64,000 bases of DNA from Octopus bimaculoides (GCF_001194135.2 NC_068991.1:35087642-35151641); one strand, 5' to 3'. Counted from the first letter of the stretch, positions 13,884 through 26,776 are shown. Made by a program: numbers and translations. The notes: a model not told the origin generated them from the letters alone.

Positions 13884-14594
13884 GTTAGTTTTGAAGTAGT
13901 TGTATAGTTGTAATTCTTCATTGAATTGAATGTGTGCTATTTAATATTTTTTTCCTATATAATCTCATAAGCAATGGGACTATCTATGCTGCTATTCTGA
14001 GTTTGTCCTTAAGCAGTAAGAGGAAACTTGGAACAGTGGCAGAGTGAAGTTTGTTTTTAAAAGTGAATGTGCAAAGGAGTAAATATGTCTATAGACATTA
14101 TTTATGCTTCTTGTAATTTACAAAGTATAGTTCATTTATGTTGACTGTATTTTTGATTGTTTTATTTTTTTATTTTACAAAATAAATACATAAATATATA
14201 AATAGTTGAATAATAAGCAACTCAAAAAATGGTTGAAAAAAGTAATTCTTTTTCTTTTGTATAGCTGTAAATACAAGGTGAAATTTTGCTTCAATCTTTA
14301 GCAAGAAATACCATTTAGGTTGCATTTTTTCCCCTCAGCCTTTTACATTCTGAATTTCAATTCCACCAGGATCAATCTTGCTTTTCATCCTTCCAGAATC
14401 AATAACATAAAGTACCAGTTAAATATAGCCCTCTCCTTAATATGAGGTCTTGTGCCTAAAATCACTTCTTTAGATAACATTTAAGGTGCTTTCTTTACAA
14501 ACTTGACAGTGTCTCTTTATTGTAAAGTGTTTTCCAGTCAATATTCTGTATTGATCACTACTTTTTATATACTGGCCCTTCTGTTTATATATTA

Positions 14595-15789
14595 CTAGCA
14601 GAAATACCCAGCTTTGCCCGGGTTAAAGAGAATAATGAAATCTAAAAACGCCGTCTAGACTACGCAACCCTCAACTGTTAGTAGCTACGATACCATATTT
14701 CTACATTAATAACTCTCCAATCCATGCCAGCATGGAACATAGACATTAAGTGGAATGCCAGTCTCTCATCTAGGAGGGCCTTGAAATCAATGTTACCAAC
14801 TGGGGACTATGTGTGTCGTAGTGATAATAAAAAGACCCAAAGGAGGTCTGCCACGAAATAATTTTACTCAACACTTTGCAAGTGAATCAGTGGAGGCAAA
14901 GATGCGTCTCATTTACTTGACCATTTATGCACCACATTGCAGNNNNNNNNNNNNNNNNNNNNNNNNNNNNNNNNNNNNNNNNNNNNNNNNNNNNNNNNNN
15001 NNNNNNNNNNNNNNNNNNNNNNNNNNNNNNNNNNNNNNNNNNNNNNNNNNNNNNNNNNNNNNNNNNNNNNNNNNNNNNNNNNNNNNNNNNNNNNNNNNNN
15101 NNNNNNNNNNNNNNNNNNNNNNNNNNNNNNNNNNNNNNNNNNNNNNNNNNNNNNNNNNNNNNNNNNNNNNNNNNNNNNNNNNNNNNNNNNNNNNNNNNNN
15201 NNNNNNNNNNNNNNNNNNNNNNNNNNNNNNNNNNNNNNNNNNNNNNNNNNNNNNNNNNNNNNNNNNNNNNNNNNNNNNNNNNNNNNNNNNNNNNNNNNNN
15301 NNNNNNNNNNNNNNNNNNNNNNNNNNNNNNNNNNNNNNNNNNNNNNNNNNNNNNNNNNNNNNNNNNNNNNNNNNNNNNNNNNNNNNNNNNNNNNNNNNNN
15401 NNNNNNNNNNNNNNNNNNNNNNNNNNNNNNNNNNNNNNNNNNCTCTCTTTCTCTCTTTCTCTCTCTCTCTGAAAGTATCTGTCATTACAGTATCGAAATG
15501 TAATTGTTTCAGTTAGTAGAATAGTTTCATTTTTAAAGTGAAAGTATTTGACATGAGTGTTTTTGTTTCACTTTTGACACGTAATACTTAAATAGTGGAG
15601 GAGATATTATGTTGCTGTGGGCTCTAACTCTGCAAGAAGTTAAAATTTTTTTTGACTAAAACACAACTGGAACCCTAAGTAAGGCATGTGTAAAATTTGA
15701 ATGAAATTGGTTGCGTAGTTCTCGAGTTTTAGGGATTCACACAGACAGACAGACAGACAGACACACATTCTCATTTTTATATATATAGA
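14595..15789 (-). mobile_element. Non-autonomous Helitron
   Basis: Minus strand begins TC(TATATATA..), has a (TGTC)n subterminal microsatellite, and ends in hairpin cccgggcaaagctggg plus CTAG. Inserted between A and T without a TSD; internal N gap. Confidence 0.75.
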
Positions 15790-16199
15790 TTATTTTTGTT
15801 CTTAGAATGGTCACTATGCCAATAATGAACACAGACACTGGTTCTAATTCATTTCTTTATCATTTTTTGTCAATTGGGTTAACCAATTAATTAATTAATC
15901 AATTGTTTGATTAATAGTTCAGTTAATCAATCAGTTCTGACAGACATGAAGCAGACTTGGAGTAGAGAGGGCATGTCATTGATGAGATCATGAATGGGAG
16001 CAAAATGACTTTGAAACTTAACTGATCAATTGATTTACCAAATGATTAGACAGTTGATTGGTTAATTGGTTAAAAAGTTAGCAAACGGGCAACTAAATAA
16101 TAAAGAAGAGCCAAGGCATGTGTTTATCATTGGTATAATGATTCTCCTGAGAAAAACAAAATATGTTTCAACACATGACTTTACATCAAGAATCTTACA

Positions 16200-16392
16200 A
16201 ACCAACTGGGCAAAATGCTTATTATTTTGTCCATCTTTACATTGAGTTTAAATTCCTCCAAGGTCAACTTTGCTTTTCATCCTATTGTGATCAATAAAAT
16301 AGTACCAGTTGAGCACTGGGGTTGATATAATCAACTTACCTCCTGTCCCAAAATTGCTGGCCTTGTACCAAAATTTGAAATTATTATTATTG
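16200..16392 (+). mobile_element. tRNA-derived SINE copy (decayed) with (ATT)n tail
   Basis: Colinear with 16425-16669 and 21217-21458 (caaaatgctta..ttttcatcct..agtaccagtt..ggccttgt). Confidence 0.65.
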
Positions 16393-16424
16393 TTAGTATT
16401 ATTATTTTTGTTATTCTTCTTATT

Positions 16425-16630
16425 AGATGGTGAGCTGGCAGAATTGTTAGCATGTGGACAAAATGCGTATCAATATTTCTTCCAACTTTACATTCTGAGT
16501 TCAGATACTGCCATGGTTGACTTTGTCTGTCATCCTTTCATGGTTGATTAAAACACACACTAGTCAAGCATGATGTAATTAGCTATCCCCTCCCCACAAA
16601 GTTTCAGGCCTTGTACCTATAATAGAAAGG

Positions 16631-16669
<39 letters not shown>
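16425..16669 (+). mobile_element. tRNA-derived SINE with (ATT)13 tail
   Basis: A-box-like tggcagaattg, B-box-like gagttcagat, 3' ggccttgtacct..agaaagg(att)n. Confidence 0.7.
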
Positions 16670-16670
<1 letters not shown>

Positions 16671-19600
16671 TTTTAAAATAAAATATGGTCCATTGTCTTC
16701 TGCTGAACTGGGGGTCATCCCTTGACCCTAGGGTCACAGCAGGTCCTCATGTCATGGAGAGTACACAGTGTAAAATGTGTGCAGAACCTAGCAACACTAT
16801 TTTCTGAAGTTCTCCCACGTTAACACTGCAAGGGAGTTTGTTGAGCTGCTTATCAAGGCCCTTTTTAATTAGCCTTAATGCTCCAATCACCACTGGTGCT
16901 GTGCTGCTTTTCATTCCCCACACCTTGGTCACTTCTATTTCTAGGTCTTTGTACTTAAATAACTTTTCAACTTCTTTAATGGACACATTTCTCTCTGATG
17001 GTACTGTCACATCTATCATTAANNNNNNNNNNGTCTTTGTACTTAAATAACTTTTCAACTTCTTTAATGGACACATTTCTCTCTGATGGTACTGTCACAT
17101 CTATCATTAAGCATTTCTTATTCTTCCCATCTTTGATGATTATGTTTGGCCTGTTTGCCTTGATTTCCTTATCGGTGTTGATTGGCATGTCCCAGAGTAC
17201 TGTTACATCATCTTTTCCAGTCACAGTTTCAGGTTTATGCAGGTACCATCTTTCTGAAGTTGGAAGCTGGTAGTGTTTACATATCTTCCAATGGATATAT
17301 TGCACTACTCGATCGTGTCTATGAATATATTCGGTTTTTGCAAGCGCTATGCATTCAGTTAAGATGTGGTCCACTGTTTCATCCTGTTCATGACACATTC
17401 TGCATTTCGGGTCAGTGCCATCGTTCATTATTTTGTTGTGGTAAGCCCTGGTTGCCAAGCTTTGATCTTGTGCTGCTATGATAAAAACTTCGGTTTCAGC
17501 CTTCAGTCCTGAGCTCTTCATCCATACATGAGTGTCTCAATTTTCTACGTCTGGTTTGTTTACTCTACATGGGTATCAGCCATGCATCAGTTTTTCTAGC
17601 CATTCTTCTGGGCTTGTTTTTTCATCTCTTCCTTAACTCTTTTAGCAAACTGGGTTACTTTCTCACTTGCCTTCATCTTAGGTTCCTCCGTCATCAGTTG
17701 TTTCTTAAACTGTACAGTGGTGGTTTTGTAAGATAATTCTAATTGAGTTAGTCCTCTTCCTCGCATGCTTCTCAGTAAATAAATCCTGTTCACGTCCGCT
17801 TTTAGGTGGTTCATTCGAGCCATGGTTAGTAGTTTTCTGGTCTCGGAGTCTAGCTTCTTTATTTCGCTTATTTGCCAGTTGATTATGTTGACACTGTAAG
17901 CTACGATTGGTACTGCAAGAGTGTTAATGGCTTCTATTTTGTTTGCAGCATTGAGTTCAGTCTTTGTTACTAACCGTACTCTCCTGTAGTACTCTTTTCT
18001 AATCTTCTCTTTCATTGCTGAATGTTTTATGCTGTTACTTTTTTCTATGCCAAGGTATTTATATCCTTCTTCCTGGTCCAGTGCTCAGATTCTTGCTTCT
18101 GTATCTACGTGGATATCCGCAGAACATGCCAATTTGCCTCTTACGAAAGTGGCTTTTGCGCATTTCTCCAGTCCAAACTGCATCCTGATATCATCACTGA
18201 ACTTTTTAGCCGTAGCAAGTAGACCTTCTTGTTGTTCGTCATTTTTTGAGTACATTTTCAGATCATCCATGTAGAACAGATGACTACCTTTTTTCTTCTT
18301 GATCTCATATCCATACCTGGTTTTGTTGAGCATGGTACTTAATAGTACCAGTGCCAAGCAGAATATTAAAGGTGACAGCAAGTCCCCTTGGAAGATACCA
18401 CTTTTGATTTTGATTGGTTTGCTTGTTAATGATCCACTGGAATGGTTCAGCATCAACATAGTTTCCCATCTATTCATACTGTGTTTCATAAACTTGATGA
18501 GAGTTGGGGATACTTTGTATACTTCCATCACTTTCAGAATCCATGAGTGAGGTACACTATCGAATGCCTTTTTATAGTCGATCTATGATGTGCTCAGGTT
18601 CGTTTTCCTGGTTTTGCAGTCTTCAAGGATCATTTTGTTTATCAGCAATTGGTCCTTGCATCCATAGCTCCCTCTTTAACAACCTTTTTGTTCTGGTGGT
18701 AGTAGGTTGTTTTCTTCTAGGAATATATATGTTCTTTCAGTGATTACAGTTGTTAATATTTTATACATTGTCGGTAGACAGGTGATTAGTCTATAGTTCT
18801 TTGGGTTTTCTGTGTCATTTGTTTTTGGTATTAGGTATGTCACTCCCTGTGTCGACCAATCTGGGCTATTTTCTGGGTTTTTCATGACTTCATTGTATGT
18901 TGATAACATATCTCCATGTATATCAACTAGCTGTTTGATCCATAAGTTTGGTACTCGATCTATTCCCGGTGACATCCAATTGCTGGCCTTTTTCAGGGCC
19001 AGGGTGACCTCTTCCTTTTGAATATCTTCCCGTTCCTGTATTTCTATATTTTCCAGGAGTCTTTCTTGTTCCTTAATCCATTCTGCATCTTCATTATGTT
19101 ATTTTTCATTTTCCCATATCGTACTCCAGAAATTTTCCATATCCTCTTTCTTTGGCAGTTGCTCAACATTTATTTGTTGTTTACCAAGTTCCCTGTAAAA
19201 TTTCTTTCCATCTTTAAATAATTTGTTTTGTCTAAATTGTTTGCTTCTCTTTATATATCGTGACAGTCATTGTGCCTTTGCTTGGATTTTTTGCTTTAAG
19301 TTTTATTTTGCTTCAGGTATTTCATTTCTTTTGTTTGATCCCATGCTTTTTGTATATTTTCTTGGCTTTTCTTTGGTTGACCTGGTTTCTGTTACTTATT
19401 TCGGTCAGTATTGATAGGTTGCCTCTCAAGCATCGTATATCCTTTTCTAAGCTTTCTTTCCAGTTTGGTTGTCTTTTCTTCTGTTGAGGACTTTTCTTTT
19501 TTAGGTTTATGCTTTTTGCTTCAGTAACAGCTGCAGCCGTAGCATTGGCTAGTTGGTTTAGTGATATTATATTTAGTGGTTCTGTTGTTGTTGATTTTAT

Positions 19601-20743
19601 CTCATCTATTACATTATTGCCAATTTTAATCAACTCCTTCAGGTTCTTATCCATACTGACTTTTGGTAGGGGCTCTCTGTCTGTGTGTCTTGTGCTTTTA
19701 CCTGTTCCCATTTTCTCTGTATTTCTTCTTTTAGTTCCAAATATTTCTCCCTATCCATGTCACTGTTTCTTGCTGTTGGTTGTTTTACAGGTTCTTCTAT
19801 CTTATTACCCACAGAGGGCTCCTCAAATACATCCTCTTCTTGGTTTTCTGTAGTCCCTATTTCTATTTCATTTGTATTTGGTGGTATATGGTGAGATCTG
19901 TTGACTTTTTCTTTTATTTCTTCCAGCTCAGTGTCTGTGAGCCTCCTGTTTTTAATGATATCTCTTCGGACATTCCCTAACTTGTTGGGATCCATATTTA
20001 ACCTTGAAGTTGGATTTTGTTGTCTCCATAATTGATAAGTCCTTTTTGTCGTGTTATCTTTTGATGGTGTGACTACCGCCATGTAGTATGCTTCCATTAC
20101 TAGTTTATATTCTTCCTGATTCCATTTAGTTCTAGGGTTTTTGCATGTAGTATGGCTTGCATCGATGGGACTCAGGTTGAAGTTTTCCTCAGTTAAGTTG
20201 CCCACCGTTGCCTGGGAGTGGGTAGAGTTCAAATCAGTAACCAACTTTTCGCTGCCAGCCTGACTCTTCACTAGCGGGTGTGCTCCTTGTTGACCCCTGA
20301 GACGAGTGATGCGGTATGGGTTGTTTTTATTGACTTTATCCATTATTGGTTAACTACTGGGTATATTCATGGTGATTGGCCACATACTCCTTGAGTACCT
20401 AAGTACCTATGCGTATCACACATTGCCGGTTCCGCCTTCAAGGCCATTGCCCATCTGACTCTATGGGTCATCCACCCTCTCTGTCATCTCAGACTTCATG
20501 CACTTAAGGGAAGGTATCCCTTCAGCCACTACAGCAGTCTAACTGCTGTTGCCTTCACTTACTTTAGCACCACTGTCGAGTGGAGGTCCTGGTGCATGAC
20601 TGCCGGCATGCACAACCGGCTACTTGGAGTCATAAGTGAGAGTTGAGTTTTTGTTGTGAACTAGTGATCATCATCCATGCTCTTGGCATGCGACAGATGG
20701 TGAACAGAAGTGCTATCATTAACAAATACCCCATATGCCCTTG
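16670..20743 (-). mobile_element. Near full-length R4/Dong-like non-LTR retrotransposon (RT + CCHC + restriction-like endonuclease), disrupted
   Basis: Single long ORF, now frameshifted: IDYKKAFDSVPHSW, GIFQGDLLSP, FYMDDLK, CRMCHEQDETVDHILTEC, RHDRV, NRPNIII..IDVTVP..EKLFKYKDL, QKIVLLGSAHIL. Flanked at both ends by (ATT)n. Confidence 0.88.
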
Positions 20744-20758
20744 ATTATTATTATTATT

Positions 20759-21190
20759 CAGTAGTTTTATTTTTATCACATTTTCACTGTACTACCGAGC
20801 ACAGATCTGTGCCTTGGGTATGTGCTGTGGTTTATTGTGGTGCTCTTGTTTTCACTATTGAAAGTGCTTTATGTAGGATATGTGCGGTGCCTAGTAGTGC
20901 TATTTTCTATATGTTATATACATTTGTAAGTCCTGGTGTTTTGGTTATGTATTTGTCTGAATGTTTTTTTAATCATACCTAATGCACCTTTTATTATAGG
21001 GGTTGTTTCTGTTTTTAGGCTCTACATTCAGGTTACCCCTATTTCCAGATCTTTCTATTTTGTGAATTTCTCCATTTCTTTTAAAGATACATTGTCATTT
21101 GTTGGTATTGATACGTCAATTAGAAGGCATTTTTTTCTTGGTGATCTCTGACAACTATATTCAGTCTATTAGCCTTGATTTCTCTACCTG
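20759..21190 (-). mobile_element. 5'-truncated Dong/R4-like RLE 3' fragment (second subfamily)
   Basis: KKCLLIDVSIP..NVSLKEMEKF..KDLEI..GALGMIKK..KIALLGTAHILHKALS; abuts (ATT)5 at 20744-20758. Confidence 0.8.
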
Positions 21191-21216
21191 TATATATTGG
21201 CATATTATTATTATTT

Positions 21217-21425
21217 AAGGCGGTGAGCTGGCAGAATCATTAGCATGCCAGGCAAAATGCTTAGCATTTCATCTGTCCTTATGTTCTGAGTTAAAATTCT
21301 GCTAAGGTTAATTTTGCCTTTTATCTCTTCAGGGTCAATGAAATAAGTACCAGTTACGCACTGGGGTCAATGTAATCAATTATCCCCTCCCCCAAATTTC
21401 AGGCCTTGTGCCTATAGTAGAATGG

Positions 21426-21458
<33 letters not shown>
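21217..21458 (+). mobile_element. tRNA-derived SINE with (ATT)11 tail
   Basis: ggcggtgagctggcagaatcattagc..ttctgagttaaaattc..aagtaccagtt..ggccttgtgcctatagtagaatgg(att)n. Confidence 0.75.
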
Positions 21459-21880
21459 TTACGTTTGACTTTTGTTTTGCATTTGTACAAGTTGGATCCA
21501 AGTCTCACCCACCTCAAGAGACAACAAGTTAGAAGTTCATGTAGGTGTTATGCCTAGGATACCATATATTTGGATTTGTACATGGTGTTGTTCTAGAGAA
21601 TGTTTAAGAAACCATAAGAAAATTATGTGTTTGTTTTAAAATTTTAGATAACATAGACAGTATTTTACGTAGGATATGGGCAGTTCCCATGAGCACTATC
21701 TTTTGAACTTCAGCCATTTTGGGGTTTCCTGGTATCTGAGCTAGGTAGTAATCAGCCCGTTTCACTGTCATTCCCAGGGCACCTATGACAATAGGTATTG
21801 TTTTAGTCTTCAGGCTCCACATTTTGCTAATTTCTATTTCAAGATTTAGTCTTCAGGTTCCACATTTTGCTAATTTCTTA
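21459..21880 (-). mobile_element. 5'-truncated Dong/R4-like RLE 3' fragment (third subfamily)
   Basis: LEIEISKMWSLKTKTIPIVIGALGM..VQKIVLMGTAHILRKILS, then a distinct 3' UTR ending at (ATT)11. Confidence 0.8.
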
Positions 21881-22051
21881 GTCGTCTTCTTCTTCTTATT
21901 ATTATTATTGCTACTATTATGACTTTTATCAGTTACTGTTGATAGTAATCATAATAGCAACAATAATTATCTTTTTGCTTTTATCCCAATAATTATTACA
22001 ATCCCTTTGTTGTTAACTGGTTATGTTATATAACATTTGAATATTATTTTT

Positions 22052-22470
22052 TAATGTTATTACCAGTTCAAATATGCGTATGGCATGTTCAGACTTGTAA
22101 ATAAGCCATTCACTGTGTTTTGTCAGGGAGAAAATTTCTTGCTATAAACAAATAGGTGCTAATTCATCAATATCAGTTTGCAGCACCACCTATCTAGACT
22201 GTGAGATGCAAGCATTTCAGAGTAGTTATCTTCTCTTTGGTGACTGATATGTTATAAGAGGAACAATCTCTTTTATCTATTCACAGCATCTCCCTGCATA
22301 CTCCGAAATGCTTGTGTCTCATAGTCTAGATAGATGGTGCTGCGAACTGATATTGGTGTATTAGCACCATCTATCTATAGTGAGAAATTTTCTCCATGAC
22401 AGAACACAGTGAATGGCTTATTTATGAGTCCAAACATGCCACACGCATATTTGAACTGGTAATAACATTA
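22052..22470. repeat. Long inverted repeat (arms ~170 bp, spacer ~70 bp)
   Basis: taatgttattaccagttcaaatatgcgt.. versus ..acgcatatttgaactggtaataacatta; diverged arms. Confidence 0.85.
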
Positions 22471-25400
22471 CATTTATACACTTCACTGCTTAGTGATCCC
22501 CCTCCATAATTATTTTTTAGTTAAAAATTTGGATTTTGAGCTTTTGTTCAGGTTTTTATTTCAGACAAAAATGACTCCTGCTAGCGCTGCAGTCTATCTC
22601 ACTCACTAAGAAACATTCTTGCACGTTGCATCATTTATTTCTTCAGTCTAGATCTCTCTACCAGATTTTTTAATGGAGTTAAAAAAAATATATATATATA
22701 TTCAATGATCACACACCTTTTCTAGTTGGACATCTGCCATACATACACATTATATATAGTGTGTTTTATATAGATGAAAGATTTTTGGTTTGATAATTTC
22801 GTAAGATGTTTTGATTCACAAGAAATTCCTGTAGGTAGCGAATATCAAAAACAAAAAAAAAGGTTGACTTCAGTGAGAGAAAATAGATGGCTGCAGTAAC
22901 TTAGTAATGAAGAAATATAAGAATATTAACCACATTTGTATATTTAATTGCTTTTTGTACATTGGATTATGAAACCTACTACATATATGGGAAATTCTGT
23001 CTGTGGGTGTTTGTGGAGTTGTTAGCTAACTCCTCTTACATTGTTTTATCGGTTTTGATGAAACTTGACACGAGTAGAACTCATGGCTGGAAACCACATG
23101 ACATACTCAGATTGTTGAAAAAAAATCGATAATAGGGTCCCTGGAAGGGATCCTTATATATAACCAAGGGAAATAGCCCATTAATTTTCCTAAATTATTT
23201 GGTATAAATCAAATTGAGTATGCTTATTTCTTAGTATTTGAACTGTTAGTTATTTTTGCAGTTTATCCAGTACAATCCTTAAACAAGTATATAGTATTTT
23301 TTTAAACAATAGATCCACTTATTTCAGTTAGTGACTTATTCACGAATATACCAACACTAGCACCCTGAGGATAATATTCTCTGGGAATGCACAAAAGTCC
23401 TTTTCAGAGTTTTTTACTTTGAATTGTTATCTCATATCCGATTAGCCTATTATTACGTAACATGCTTCACGATTTTAGTATACATACCTTATTAGTATTT
23501 CTTCCTGTGTTCTATATACTCTGGGAATGCATTAAAGCCCTTTTCGGGGCTATTTTATTTGAATTCTTACTATTGGGTAACTAATTTCATGTTATTACAT
23601 AACTGACTTCACAATTTGGGTATTCATAACTTATTGGGAATTCCTAAAAACAAGATCCTGTGTAAGACATTTCTGTATTCTCTGTAAATGCACAAAAACC
23701 ATTTTAAGGGCTACATACTTTATGTTGTTATTGGATTAGCGAAACAATTATGAGAAGGGAACCAAGGGATAAGCCCCACTTTCCCAGGAATTACTGGGTA
23801 CATTAGCTAGTATTTGACATATAAAGAAAGTTATTTCTTTTTTCTGTTTAATATTCTTATATTGTTGTTATTAGTTTCAAGATTTAACCATATTTTTAAT
23901 TTTTAAAGCATTCTTTTATTCTTTTACTTGTTTCAGCCATGTGGCTGCCGTCGTCAGATTAAAATTATTTTTTGTTTTTTTTTGTGGAATTGAACTGACA
24001 CATTGTAAATATTCTTTAACTGTCACTCCCGAGGGATCACTTTTCCATTATCCCAATATCAAATTGTGCAGCTAAGAATATTCTCATTAATCTATTGTTT
24101 AAAATCTACATGGCAGCAATCTAATAGAATCACTTCCTTCTAAGAATGAATAAGGTTAATTTATGAAACGATTGTATATGTTTGAGTGAACTAGCCAGAG
24201 TATATGGCTGGTGGAAGTAAAGAAGTGTATATTTCTATAAATTGGCCAGGCTATATTACTGGTGGAGGTTAAGGGTCAAATTGATCATTGTCAGATTTGA
24301 CTTCAGATCAGTGAAGTATTAAATTAGTTTCAGTACCAAATTGTATTATTGTCTAAAATTTATTGACTCCTGCAAATGCAAACAATAGTATTGCATCTGG
24401 CAAGATTTTCATTTAGAACTTAAATTAATGAAACCAAGTAATGAGAAGTTTTCAAATTGTCTGAGCCCATTAGAGAAAGTTGTTTTTGTCTTCTACTTGA
24501 ATCATTGTTGTCATTGTAATTGAAATAAATTCTATCTCAACCAAGCTATTTTTGAGGAGCAGAATATTAGCAGGTAAAATTTTGCTCATTAAAAATATTG
24601 ATTTTGGCAACAGTATAGTTTATTTATATTGCAGTTACCTTCAATTTGACTAAAAATATTTAATTTTAGTATTTATTAGTTCCACTTCACCAGTTTTAGT
24701 TGTTTTTTTTTTTTCTGTTATTTCAAACTAAAGTATAATTCTGTTACTATGTAAGTACATTTTTATTTTACTCTGATTTTCTGAAATTAGCTACTCCCAG
24801 TTTGTTGGTATTGGACAGTAATTGAGAATGGCTTTTCAAAATATCTACATGCTGTGTTTAGCTTATAGTATGTACTGAAAATTGTTGTTAATCATTCAAA
24901 AGTAGTATTAAGGCATATATTAAGAGAAAAAGAAATCAGCATTGCACATTGTACAATAGTTATTAATGTACTTTAGCATAGAGGCACATATTCTATAAGT
25001 TTAAGGTAATCTACTATTGACAACCTACTTAGCTCAAACCACACTGTTGTATGGCATTGTGTTGTATCCCCTAGTTCACCGTCTTTCTTTGTCACTATCA
25101 ACATTGTCAACTTAATAATAATGATTTTGTTAAATCTTTGTTGTTTGTATTTATGGTGTTTGTAGTTTATAATGTTTCTTTGCACATATTCTTGTTGGGT
25201 TAGTTGTGTCTGTGGTAGTAGTGAATGTGGTGATGGTGTTGTTAAGTGTTAATGTTGTTGTTGATGGTGTTAGTGTTGTTGTTTGGAAATGTTTCTTCAA
25301 TCTGCTTGAGCCTCCTAGCTTTTTTTTTTATTGTGCGTTTTTTTCCCCCTTTCCTTTTTTCCTTTATTACTTTTTACCATTTGCTTTCTTCTCTGCCATC

Positions 25401-26776
25401 TTCACCACATGGTTGAGTGGTCCCAAGTGGAGTGGGTGCATATCTTAGGGTTATTGTTTTTTTTTGTTTTGGGACTTTCAGTTGTTGGTGGTGACATAGT
25501 GAATTTTGAGGGTAGTATTTCAAGTGTTTTTGTTGTTGCTTCCATTGTTGTTACTGCTGCTGCTTTTACTGTTGTAGTTGCTGCTATTGTTGCTTTTGTG
25601 GTGATAGTGTCAGCAGAAGTGGGAGTCTTCCTTTTTTCTTACTTTCCTTTGAACAGAAAGCTTTGAGATGGTTTGTGTCACCACACATGTGAAACCTTGG
25701 TTTTCTTCCCTCATAGCTACAAACAGTTGTGTACTGTCTGGCAGATTGATTAGGTCTGAAATGGCTTCAGTACTTTCTTGATCTGTTTGAATCAATAGTT
25801 TCATCCCTTGATCTGACCAGTTTTTTTTTTCCTCCTTTCTTACAACCTGCAATATAGATTTTATAACCGTGTCAAAGTGTTGTTGTGGGTAGAGGAAAGT
25901 TACCAATAAATAGATGAGTATTCTGCTCAGTGAGATTGGTATTGGACCAGTTTGTCCTATACCAATCTCCCTTGGTTTTGGAGTGCTTTCTAGCCTCATC
26001 CTCTATTGAAAATGTCACCTCTACTGTACTGAATTTTGCCCCTACTGAAGTACATTTTTGGTGCCCAGATTAATTTGAGGCACTTTTTTATTTCTGTTCT
26101 GTTACTTGCTCTATTTTCTGGCTTTTCAATCTAATGCATTTGTAAAAGATTGTTTTGTTATCGGTTTCTTGCCAGATGGATTGTGAGATGATAAAATATT
26201 TTCTTAGCCTGTGAGGAGACTTTTAGCATTTTTAAATCCTGGTGGGATAAAAAATTTCTTCCTCCAGCATTGGTGAACCCCTTTAATAGTTGACTTTGGT
26301 TAGTTGCAGTGATCTGATTTTTTTTTTTTTTTGGGGGAAATGTGTTGGTATTAATGTAGGTGCTTTTGTTGGAGTTGATAGTTTTCATTATGTTACTGGA
26401 ACTTGCAGGTGTGTTGCCGCAAAAATTTTACTTTTCATTTATCAGTTTCTCATCCTTGTCATTGTTTTCATTTTGTTTGTTGTTATTACTGTTGCTTTCA
26501 GTTTCTTTGTTATTGTTGTTATTTTTTGCTGTTGCTATTGTTATTTCAGTCAACACTTTGGTTTTACATGGTGTGGTGGTGGGGGGAGAATTACTAAGGC
26601 ACCTCTTCTCATCTATAATCTCGCTTACCTGACCTTCTGTGGGGAGAATGTGAAAGACAAGTTTACAAATATGAAAGTCTTTTCTTATATTCATCATTTT
26701 ATGTATGTATTTATATATAATTTTCTGAAATTATTTTTCCAGATGAATTGACTTAACAATATTGTTTATTTTCTAG

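Noticed and set aside
14809-15516. ORFs spanning N gaps (also at 13320-13683, 27536-27895 and 63335-63589)
   Set aside because: They are open only because N blocks hide stops.
15878-16075. Short imperfect inverted repeat
   Set aside because: Extremely AT-rich and low complexity; not enough evidence to call a MITE.
16945-17110. 78-bp tandem duplication inside the RLE domain
   Set aside because: The two identical copies flank a 10-N gap; this is typical unmerged contig overlap, not biology.
20400-20743. HDV-like ribozyme in the Dong-like 5' UTR
   Set aside because: Several hairpins and a cctccactcg loop are present, but I could not assemble a valid P1/P2/P3/P1.1 double pseudoknot. It needs an RNArobo or Infernal search.
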